Assembly (NCBI RefSeq): GCF_964204645.1
Contig: NC_134033.1
Location: 1,384,131 to 1,448,130 of the forward strand
DNA from: Tubulanus polymorphus
Taxonomy: Eukaryota > Animalia > Nemertea
DNA: 64,000 nt
Direction: 5' to 3'
Shown: in pieces, positions 24,159-35,600 of the stretch
How positions within the stretch are numbered: position 1 is the stretch's first letter
Layout of the letters: the number at the start of each line of letters is the position of its first letter
Position numbers and translations under genes: made by a program
Notes under the pieces: generated by a model
What the model was told of the DNA's origin: nothing
The model's database searches: none
Seen by the model: the letters and a program-made list of their open reading frames with translations, nothing else

Positions 24159-26952
24159 ATGTCACTGGTTCACGCGTCGATAAGATGGATCCGGCGATAT
24201 CTGCTGTCGAGCCAGTCGCTTCTGACCTTACTGACGATCATCGTGATCTACGCTCTATTCCGACAGAGATCGACGTTTTGGTCGACGATAAAAAAACTGC
24301 GATCGAAGTTAAGATTCAGCAGTACCTCGTCAGCCTCCTCGACCGATGCGGATGATTCGGCGGATTTGACGCGTAAGACAAAAGCGTCGTGGGAATTGCG
24401 TAAGGGCAATGTCGGTATGTACGCGATACAGGGCAGACGCGCGACAATGGAGGACCGGTTCAACGTGGTTACCGCCGATCAGCTCGAACACACCGGAACA
24501 TCGATTTACGGTATATTCGACGGACACGGTGGACAGGTACGATTCGAAACAATCATTCTGATTTTACTCGTTGAGCCAAATACCATCCTCACTTGCCAGG
24601 GATTGATTGCCTCCCTTGATGCTCAGGCCAACATAAACCCTGGCCGCAAACCCTTTATTGTTCTTTTACACCGCCCAGGAAATCTCGAAAAAGGTTGCCA
24701 CTAAATGGTGACAAGTCTAGACATAACTGGACTTTCGGAGTGTCTGGTATTCTAGAGGGGGTTCTAAGTTAAGAGGGCTGGCAGGTGGTTAAGCAACTGC
24801 ATACGTAGTCATAGTCAGTGCCCTAACGGTGTTTTAGTTTCGGAATCGGATATTTTCACAAACCACATTAATTGGTATAAGCTCCTCCGAGTATAAACGC
24901 TTACCGCCAACAATTAGGTAGCTAACAAGATGTAACTAGTCTTAAGAGTGTCCAGTATCCAGGGCAGGGGTTTAAAAGTGGTCAGTAAGGGTGGGTTTAG
25001 GTTTGATTGTGGGGGGTTTAGTTAAGGGTTTTATTGTCTTATATTTGTTAGGTTTTTTTTTTTTTCAGTTTGCCGCTGATTTCGTCGAGAAGACATTGTT
25101 TAAAACGATTATGGTTCGATTGTTGAAGTCGGCTCTGAACGGAGGCCCCGATAATTTCAGTAAACTCCTCACCGACGAGATATTGTACGTCGACAAGCAG
25201 TTGTTATCAGTCGAGAAATTGACAAACGAAGCGTCAGGTACGAATAAACGAAATTCACAGCTTTACAGACTTTGGGTCCAGTGTTCCACAGTTTGTCTTC
25301 CTACTCCCGCTCTTCACCTCTTCTTTCCCTCTCCTCTCTCGTCCATTCTCTTCTCTCCTCTTTCCTCCATTCTCTTCCGGTCTTTCTCCTCCATTCTCTT
25401 CCTCCTCCATTCTCTTCCCCTCTTCTCTCTCCTCCATTCTCTTCCCCTCTTTCTCCTCCATTCTCTTCCCCTCTTCTCTCTCCTCCATTCTCTTCCCCTC
25501 TTTCTCCTCCATTCTCTTCCCCTCTTCTCTCCTCTCTCCTCCATTCTCTTCCCCTCTTTCTCCTCCATTCTCTTCCCCTCTTCTCTCCTCTCCATTCTTT
25601 TCCCCTCTTCTCTCCTCTCTCCTCCATTCTCTTCATCCTCCATTCTCTTCCCTTCTTTCTCCTCCATTCTCTTCCCCTCTTCTCTCATTCACTGACTCAA
25701 TTCTATTTCATTGTTGTATTTTCAGGAACGACAGCGCTGGTGATGTTATTAAGGAACGGTATTTTGACCGTCGCGAACGTCGGCGATTCTCGTGCGGTGC
25801 TTTATACAGACGACGATAAACTGATGCCTTTATCCTTCGACCATAAACCACATCAGGTAAAATCAACTAATATGTTTTACACCTATTATCAGCGTTGATA
25901 GAATATTGACTATTATTGATTGGAAATATTGAATATTTCTTTCTAAACTGCCTCACATAATTGGCATGACCCGCATGATGAAATATTCATCAACATTTTC
26001 GCAGACCCCAATCCCGGCAGTTGCGACTGATGGGTTCGTAAGGATCACGACAAATCAAGTCATTCATTCGATCAATCAACAATCATTACATAATCAAAAA
26101 CACATTGAAACTAATTTCTCCCTAGAATCAAATTCAGGTTGCGGGTTTCTGAAAATAACTAGGTCCACCAGTGTTCCTCTGCTGGGGTTTAAAAGGGGCT
26201 GTATTTATTGTTAGGTGTATGACATCGCGGCTTTCATTCCCCCAAAAATACAGAGAGATAGAATATTGACATCTACTCTGTTAGGGGCAGCTGATGTATT
26301 GTAAGGGGCGGCTGATTTTCAGAAGGTTGGATGTAAAAATGAAAGTGCTGGCCTACGCTTTAAAACCTGTTGACAGTTGTGGAGACATCTGGATCCAGTT
26401 CCACAGTTCTGAGTTAAGATTTGACTCTGGGTTAAAACATTGAAAATGAACTAACTTTAACACAGAACTGTGGAACTGGGTCCTGAAATTTTTAACCGGC
26501 AATTCTGATCTTGATTCAAATTATTAAATTATTTTCTCGTTCGTATTTTATTCTCGTAGCTGAAGGAGAGAAAGCGTATAAAAGACGCCGGTGGTTTTAT
26601 CAGTTTTAACGGGGTTTGGCGCGTAGCCGGGGTACTGGCGACCTCTCGCGCTCTCGGCGACTACCCGCTGAAAGACAAGAATCTCATCATCGCCGATCCG
26701 GACATTCTGACGTTCGATCTGAACGAAATCAAACCGCAGTTCATGATTCTCGCCACCGATGGATTGTGGGATATGTTCAGCAACGAGGAGGCGGTCGCGT
26801 ACATCAGAGAGAGGCTCGACGAGCCTCATTTCGGAGCGAAAAGTATCGTGTTGCAGGCGTATTACCGCGGCTCGCTCGACAATATCACCGTCATCGTCGT
26901 TAACTTTTTAGCCAATCAGGCGTCGGTCGTCAGGCGCGGATCAACGGCTTGA
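24159..26952 (+). CDS. PPM1L: Protein phosphatase 2C family member with N-terminal membrane anchor (PP2C-epsilon)
   Basis: join(24159..24536,25069..25237,25726..25856,26560..26952). Motifs AIQGRRATMEDR, GIFDGHGG, SGTTAL, VANVGDSR, LSFDHKP, VWRVAGVLATSRALGDYPLK, ILATDGLWD, EPHFGAKSIVLQAYYRGSLDNITV. Confidence 0.95.
25305..25690. repeat. CT-rich low-complexity tract in PPM1L intron 2
   Basis: CTCCATTCTCTTCCCCT-type repeats; similar purine/pyrimidine tracts at 42880-43390 and 45530-45880. Confidence 0.9.
26392..26482. mobile_element. MITE family 1 copy
   Basis: CTG|GATCCAGTTCCACAG...CTGTGGAACTGGGTC|CTG. Confidence 0.75.
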
Positions 26953-27049
26953 GGTCACGCGATGTTTTACGCGCATTTTTAGAAGAAAAAATTGATTTAC
27001 GTAAATATTTAAGAATTTAAAAAAAATAATTTAATCCCAGTTGTTGCTA

Positions 27050-27305
27050 CTAATGAGTTCAACAGTTGTGAGTTAGAATCACGGTCATTAATTGTAACTC
27101 ATTAATTGTAACTCATAACTGGATCCTGAGTTCGAAGTTAACTCTTACTCACAACTGTGGAAATGGATCCTGAGTTTAGAGTTAACTCAAACTCAAAGCT
27201 GTGGAAATGGATCTTGAGTTCAGGGCCAACTCTTACATCTATGGAACTGGATCCTGAGTGCTGAGTTAACTCTTACAACTATTGAACTGGATCCTGAACT
27301 CGAGG
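27050..27305. repeat. ~40-bp degenerate tandem array of MITE family 1 end
   Basis: GAGTTAACTC...ACTGTGGAACTGGATCCTGAG units; same type at 30268-30620 and 59340-59535. Confidence 0.75.
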
Positions 27306-28084
27306 ATTCAGTTCAGCATTTGTTAACTTTTTGAAGAACCAATAATCATGGATTTACACATCCAAGTGCATGTGGCTTAAATAATAATTTTGCTCAATTC
27401 AGATAATACAGTAAACCTTGCCTAACTCAGACAAACTGGGACCGGCCACAAAAATTCGATTCTGATATGAAAGTTCAAATCAAAGATTGGAAAATACATT
27501 TATGATGTCTGGAAATGATTTTTGTCCGAGTACCGGTTGGTAAAAAAACTTGAGCAAGGCTGTGAAGTTTGCTGTACTACATGTATTTCATTTATAGTTG
27601 GTATAATTGAGGCTCTTGTCCTATTCCGATAGTAAGGCGGCCATCTTGGATTTATGTTGACTGCAATTTTTTATAAGCCATGTTCGATCGCTAATTTTTG
27701 TGTCTCTCTTAATAATTTCTTCTCTATAGAGAAAATTGTTGATATTTCTTCTTTTAAATATTTGTTGTTGTTTTCTTTTTGTTTATTGTTGAAATTTAAA
27801 ATCTAATCATGTGTACGATTGATTGAGTAAAAATTGATTGAGTTTTGTGCGGTACTCGATGAGTACTGTCTGGTACTCAATGAGTATTGTGAGTTACTCA
27901 CTATAATCATGTGTATAATTGATTGAGTTCTGTCTGGTACTCATTGAGTATTTATTGCACGATATTCTATGATGAGTTCTGTGTGGTACTCAATGAGGAC
28001 TGTGTGGTACTCATTTAGTCATGTTGTTGAAATCTGTAAGAAACTAATTGCTCATCAACTTCTGAGGTGTCTGCAACTTAACCT

Positions 28085-28395
28085 AAACCTGTAGAGGCTG
28101 GTTTTATAAACCAGTTTAAACTTGTACCTGCAGGGGCTGGTTTTATAGACCAGTTTTAACATGTACCTGCAGGGGCTGGTTTTATAGACCAGTTTAAACT
28201 TATACCTGCAGGGGCTGTTTTATAGACCAGTTTGAACTTGTACCTGCAGGGGGCTAGTTTTAAAGACCAGTTTTAACTCATGGTTTTAAAGACCAGTTTT
28301 CACATGAACCCTGCAGGGGCTGGTTTTTTAACCAGTTTGTTTTAACTAATTGTACCTAGGCTGCAGGGGCTGGTTCTATAAACCAGTTTTAAGGA
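28085..28395. repeat. ~39-bp minisatellite CCTGCAGGGGCTGGTTTTATAGACCAGTTTAAACTTGTA
   Basis: About 7 copies; the unit core resembles the left end of the palindromic element at 61141. Confidence 0.85.
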
Positions 28396-29647
28396 AATTA
28401 AAGTTAAAAGCTGTGTTTCGGTAAAATTGACCCGACTCAGGCTGCGTTTTACAAGGCAGTGTCAGTTAGCCTGAATGAATTAAGAAATATGAATTTTGGG
28501 GATTTATACTTAAAAAAGGATTTTACATGCCTTGTATGAAGTGCATTTCGAATGTCTATGGTCTCTTGGGGGGAGGGGGAGGGGGGGCAGATGAAATGTT
28601 ATTCTTTTCGAATTGATAAGAATATGATAATAGTGTATGTGATCATTGTTAATAACCTAAAAAAAATGACTAAATAAATGCGTAGATTTGTTTTGTAAAT
28701 TTTCATTCGTCTCTAATGATTCTCGTATCAGCCAAGAGATGGCGCATCCGTCGTATTCCGATCCACTATCTGAAATGTCTTAAGAATACACTAGGGCTGA
28801 AGAAAACCAGAACACCAATTGTCTATGGTGAAACTTATGATAGATATCCGGTAGAAATTATGATGAAAGAAATGGTAGATTATTGGTGCATGGTCTCCTA
28901 ATGATCTAAAATGCCAGTAAAATAGAAATAGTGCCAAGTTACTCGGACGGTCAAGTAATTTTCATTAACCAGACCCCGGTTAACCGGGTAGCCCCTGGAT
29001 GAACACTACAAGCCGTGCCGCTCGGCAGGGAGCCGGCCGAATTCCTGAAGTTTATTACTGCTAAGTTTCGTTTAACTATATATACGTTGCCTGAAGAAAT
29101 AGATCGCTATACGCATGAAGATTTTGATAAATCTTGCAATAATGGTGCATTCCATGAGCTAGCTCGAATGCATGAATTCACTACGGAAAAATAATTAATA
29201 GTACCGTTTGTGTCCGATTCGACGAGTGTCATTTCGTCCGCTCCACGCATCCGCAGCCGCACTTTCTACCCCTGGCAAGCGAGCACATTTTATCGGTCAA
29301 ATCGCACTAATATGTAAAAACATAGAAAACGTTTTAAAAATATAGAAGGACAGAACTTAGACTTTTTGCGAAATAACGCGTTAAATTATGTTTTAAAAAA
29401 AGGTATTTATATTGATGACAGAATCAAATAAAACAGAAATATTGAAAATACATAGACCGATTGATCCAACATGGCGGCGCCCATGAGTGTTTAAAATGAA
29501 ATTCACAAATTTTGCGTTTCCCACGTTTCAAAACTGATTTCCTACGAATTTGAGCTGGAATTCTGATCGCTTTTGGTATCAAACTATTGTTTACGACTTA
29601 ATAGTGAAGATGGACGTTAGATATACGAGTTTTTCGGTTCGGCAGTG

Positions 29648-32600
29648 ATGGAATTTGACGTTGTCGAAGAAGCAGGAGCCGGAAGAGGCGGCGATCACCA
29701 ACCCGAATCTCTAATGACACCCGGCGGCAGTGCTGATGACATAATGGATTTAAATTTCACCCCGTTCGATTTGGACGCCGAGTTTGATGTTATGAATTCC
29801 GTTGACGCGCCACAGCCGCCGCCGCCAGTAGCGAACTGTCAGTCTTGCATCCAGTTAAGAAATGTGAGTCAAATAGTATCCAAGTGTAGAATTTTTCAGT
29901 CCTCCTGTCGAATGCAACTTACGACCTTTCACAGGAAATAGGCCTAGGAAACTAAGCCTATCATTGTCTAAATTGCATTGACTGAATATTCAATCAGCTT
30001 GGATAAAACAGCGCCTTCAGTTAACAAATTCACTGAATTCATCCGTTTCAGGAAATGAGTAAAATGCTTCAAGATCATGAACTGAACTTCAAAACTTTAA
30101 AACAGAAAATCATCTCCACTGAGTGAGTATTTCATCCGTACTGTGACCTTCAAAAATCCCTAATTTTGCTTAAAATTCGTAAATTTTTTACACTATTTCA
30201 GTTTGTTGATAAAAAAGTATAACACAAAATCACAAGATATCCTTTTACATTAGAAATAGAATGAATGTGAGGATCCAGTTCCACAGTTCAGTGGAACTGA
30301 GTTGTGAACGGGTTCCACAGTTGTGTGAGTCAGAGTTAACTGTGAACTCAGGATCCAGTTCCACATTTCTCTCTTAAGATCCAGGTTCACAGTTGTGTGA
30401 GTCAGAGTTAACTGTGAACTCAGGATCCAGTTCCACAGTTGTGAGAATGAGTTAACTGTGAACTCAGGATCCAGTTCCCCAGTTGTGAGAATGAGTTAAC
30501 TGTGAACTCAGGATCCAGCAGTTCCACAGTTGTGACCTAGAGTTAACTGTGAACTCAGGATCCAGCAGTTCCACAGTTGCGAGTCAAATCTTAACTCGCA
30601 GTGGACGGAACTGGGTCCTTTAGTTTGATCACTGATCCTAAGTTATTCAAAATTTGTGCATTCTTCGGAAGAATCTCAGCTTTTCACCTTGACTTTGGCC
30701 ACATTATAACAACCAGACCAAACAACTGGAAGAAGTTACGAAAAAACTGGACAAAGTTAATTAGTAAGTTTTGTTGAGGAGTTAATGATGAAAATTTAAG
30801 ATAAAATGCGGAAAATAATTGAAGTTAAGAAATTTGATTTTGTTCGTTCGTTATTGTAGCGATAGTAGTATTTTGGAACGGCAGTTGAAGTCGACTCTGT
30901 CGGAAGTCGAACCGCTTCGTCAGAAACTGAAAGAATGGGATCTCGACCGCGAGAAATATTTCATCTCCGTTCAACAGTTGGAAGATAAAGTCAGCGCGGC
31001 TGAAGTGAGTTCGAAAAAAAACCTATTTTATCCATCATTGCCATTAGCAATCTGCTGCCTGGACCCAGCACACCCTTCGGGCTGGACCCTGTCATTCTGA
31101 CCCTGCACTTACCCAGCCTGGACCCTGCAACCCGATAGCCTAGACCCTGCACCCTCGTCAGCCTGGACCCTGCACCCTCATCAGCCTGGACCCTGCACCC
31201 TCGTCAGCCTGGACCCTGCACCCTCGTCAGCCTGGACCCTGTCATTCTGACCCTGCAACCCAATAGCCTAGACCCTGCAACCCGTCAGCCTGGACCCTGT
31301 AACCCGATAGCCTAGATCCTGCAACCTGTCAGCTTGGACCCTGTAACCCGATAGCCTAGATCCTGCAACCTGTCAGCCTGGACCCTGCAATCCGTCAGCC
31401 TGGACTCAGTTAATTTTCAAAAGCTAATCGTCCACACTTCACATGTGTTCAGATCTTCACTTTTTTAATTGAAAATGAACTACCAACATTAGACACTTAA
31501 TCATGCTCGCCTCCCACTTAATGGGACAGTTCCAGGCGACGTATTGCATCAGATTCGGTTAAATTCTCTGGTTTTGTTTTGTTGTTAGTTGTTTAATTTC
31601 GATGAATGTTTTCAGAGCGTTTCTCGTCAATACGAAACGGTCGGTTTAGAAGCGGAGGCCGTGCGCGAGAAAAACGAACGAAAAATCCGCGACCTCAGTC
31701 GCGACGCGAAGAGTCTCGAGGAGAAGTAAGTTTCATCGGGATAATCAACTGTCAAACTCGTCGTAGCTGTGACCATCATTGTCTCAAAGACTTATCCAAA
31801 TAACGACTTACACTTAGTAAATTGAATTAGAAATACTGAGACTCAAAAATAGAGAGGACTTCAGTAATGTGACGAGGACTTATTCAAATGATGACTTACA
31901 CTTAGTAAATTGAATCAGAATTAAAAATTGAGACTAAAAAATGGAGATGACTTCAGTAATGTGACGACTTATTCAAATCATGACTTACACTAAGTAAATT
32001 GAATTAGAATTAAAAATTGAGACTCAAAAATAGAGATGATTTCAGTGGTGCACAATGACTTATCTGATGCCAAAATTAAGCGAGTTTAATTGTTTTTTGC
32101 TGCTGATATTATAATTTTTGTCCGGTTAAACTCTTTTTTCATTGAATTTCGATTCCTTCCAGATGCAAACGGTTGGAAACCGCCGAAAAGAAATTGAAAG
32201 GTAAGAAGACACTTTTTAAGCGAAAATACGATACTTTTTTTTTATTTCGAATTATTCGTACAAATTTCATCGGTTTTCGAAAAATTACCACAAAATCTTA
32301 TTAACATCGTTTAGAACATTACACACCGAATCTGACAAAAAAAGTTTCCCCCAATGATGTCATAGGTGGAAATTTGATTACGAAAAAACGTTTGAACGGA
32401 CATTTGATTTTAACATCGTAAACATGGAACTAGATCATTGAAAATCGGACCAAATATTGGTCATTTTATTCAGCAAAAAAATTATGCGGAAGCAAAATAT
32501 TAGTTACAACAAATAAATCCCAGCGATCTACAGTAGACTCCACGCTTGTGGGACCCGATAGATACCGATCTACAGTAGACTCCACGCTTGTGGGACCCGA

Positions 32601-35600
32601 TAGATACCGATCTACAGTAGACTCCACGCTTGTGGGACCCGATAGATACCGATCTACAGTAGACTCCACGCTTGTGGGACCCGATAGATACCGATCTACA
32701 GTAGACTCCACGCTTGTGGGACCCGATAGATACCGATCTACAGTAGACTCCACGCTTGTGGGACCCGATAGATACCGATCTACAGTAGACTCCACGCTTG
32801 TGGGACCCGATAGATACCGATCTACAGTAGACTCCACGCTTGTGGGACCCGATAGATACCGATCTACAGTAGACTCCACACTTGTGGGACCCGATAGATA
32901 CTGATATTCTTCGCGAGCATGTGAAAATTGTTCAAGACGTTTTTGTCACAAGCCACTATTGTTGAAAAGGTAACTCTCAAAGCCTAAATAGAGTTTTGCT
33001 ATTTAATTTCTTTCGAGAATCTCAGAGACCTCAGTGGTCTCAAAACAAGCGAGGCTCCGATCGAGCATGAACTCATCTTAACTTGTAGCTGCAGTTGCTG
33101 AAAAGTAGGTTAAAGATAACCGACAGATAGAAACCTAAGTAACAATGAACTGTTACTTGTCACTATGTCAACTATCCACTGATTAACTGTAATCAACTTT
33201 TCAGCAGCTGCAGCCCGTGGCCTAACCGATAACTGTGTAATTAGGTCCTGGCTAAAAACCCTGAAACTCTGCGCGTAACGTTTGATGTTTTTATGCTATT
33301 GTTGCGTGACGACGATGTCGACGGCCGGAGTTTTCTCGTATTGTTGGTTTTTGCGTCGTTGACGACGGTCGTCGAGGCGACGCCGGCAGACGGATTGAAT
33401 CGAACACGCGATGAAAACGACGAGTAAAACTCCGTTGACACCGACGATGATGAGTCCTTCTCGTCGGTAATCGGGCATCGCGAACACCCGCAGGTACGAC
33501 GTCGAGTTGCCGACGGATACCGCTGTCGTCGCGACTACGCTGCACGTGTACGCTGCGGTATCCGATAACGACGCGTTAACGATTCGCAGCGTTCCGTTGG
33601 AATCGTCGACGAATCGCGCCGATTCGTTCGCGTCGGAAATTCGGGTTCCGTTTTCGAAGTACCAAGCGAGCGTCGTCGAGTTCGTCGTAGGTGGCGCTGC
33701 GCATTTGAATTCGGCGGTTTCGCCGATCTCGGTTGCGAGGTTTTTCGGCGCGATCGATGTGCACAGTTTTTCGCCGTGTTGACAAACGGACGACGGTTCG
33801 CCGCTTGACCGAGCGCCGGCGAATAACGCAACTATGATCACAGCTACCACGGTGACCATTCGTTTTATTCCTTCTCCTGTCATCAGACGTGACTCCATCG
33901 TTTTATCAATTTCAACGACGAATTTAAAATCTTCGAAACAGCAGCCTATAGTCTCAGCTCACATTCTCTGAAAAATCGGAAAAAATTAAGTGAAAAAGAA
34001 AACGGGATTCGAACCTACCTACGACACGTCAGACAGATTTGACAGAAATTGTCCCAGAATCTAAATCTCTTAATTCTGCAGACGCGATTTTTTAGTCAAA
34101 TTGTTCAATTTTCGATTTAAGAGTGAAATCAAACCGACTGCTAGTGAAACCGAGCGCCAGATTTCAAGTATTTCTTACCTTTATTTCGCTGTCAGCTGTT
34201 TCTTATCATCACGGCGGCCATTTTGATCGTGTCATATGACTTTTGTTGTGAGTTTTGCACACTAGGTGGAAGCACCTCCTGGTCTGGTAGTAATGTCGGC
34301 TAATTATCCCTTTAATTGTATAATTAGCACTTCTTGAGTGTCCAATTCCCAAATAAGATTTCAGACATAAAACGTATTTTTGCCAAGATATCCAAACTGA
34401 TAGAACGATGACCACACTCAAACGTGGTGAACGGATAATAAGATAAAATCCCACTATTTACAGATTAAAAGAATTTAAAAACCAGAATTTATTTATTAAA
34501 TCTAAAATATTTAAAAGACACGACTCACCTGACGATGATCTCTAGGGTGAGATCGATACGTCGTGTCTTTTAAATATTTTAGATTTAATAAATAAATTCT
34601 GGTTTTTAAATTCTTTTAATCTGTAAATAGTGGGATTTTATCTTAAAATCCCAACTGAATTTTAGCCATCTCGAAATCCCTGATGACAATTCCTGACTTA
34701 ATTTCGGAATTTAAAATAAATCTTCAAAATCTCATCATTATTGAAAACGGGAATTCATGGAATTCATACGTTGAACAAATTTGATAAGATTTTTTTAGTA
34801 ATTTATTCGACCCAAGATAACTGAAATCTGAATCTGAAAATTTGATATTAAATCCCCAACACTCAAAATGATATTGAGTTCGGCTAAAATGTTTCATGAA
34901 CTAGAACTTTATTAGTAGTTAATTCAACGTTTTGACTACACATCCTAAAAGTCATCTTCAGGAAAACCGCAACAGCAAAACAGAAATAGACAAATTAGTT
35001 GTTAATAAGATGTGATATAAACTTAAGAGATGACGAACAACATAAATAAAGAAAACAGTTAAAGAGCTAAAATACTTAGAATTTTTTTTTCTTAATTTTA
35101 TTTTTTCTCAACAAATGTTTCATTTTGTTTCTCAATGGTTTCACAATAATTTCCATCTTAAATTAGAAAAACATTTTTTTTTCAACTCAATTGTTTCATT
35201 TGGTGATTGCTTCAGTGATTCTGATTCCTTCAGTGATTCTGATTCCTTCAGTGATTCTGATTCCTTCAGTGATTCTGATTTCACAGGAAATGAGAATAGA
35301 ACTCAATGAAAATTTTGAAAAAAAATAATGCGGTATTTTGATATAATTGTTGCAGCGCTTTACGAAGAATCAAAGTCGAACGCGTCGAGCGAGAAGAAAA
35401 AATCGAAACAACTCGGAAAACTACTGGAAAAAGCAAACGTAAATATCAGATTTCAAATTAGTCAAATGTATTCAGGACCCAGTTCCACAGTTGTGAGTTA
35501 GAGTTAACTCTGAGTTTAAGTTAGTTCATTTTCAATTAGTTAACTCAGGGTCAAATTTTAACTCAGAACTGTGGAACTGGACCCAGAATAATAGAAAAAA

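Noticed and set aside
25255-25690. Multiple overlapping Glu/Arg- or Ser/Leu/Pro-rich ORFs
   Set aside because: Low-complexity CT tract inside PPM1L intron 2; the same applies to 42726-43506.
29040-29125. CTGAAGA as another hammerhead core
   Set aside because: No stem II followed by GAAA and no stem I pairing.
32466-32904. CRISPR-like or repeat-protein interpretation of the 42-bp array
   Set aside because: No unique spacers, no cas genes, eukaryotic intron context; the ORFs are repeat artefacts.
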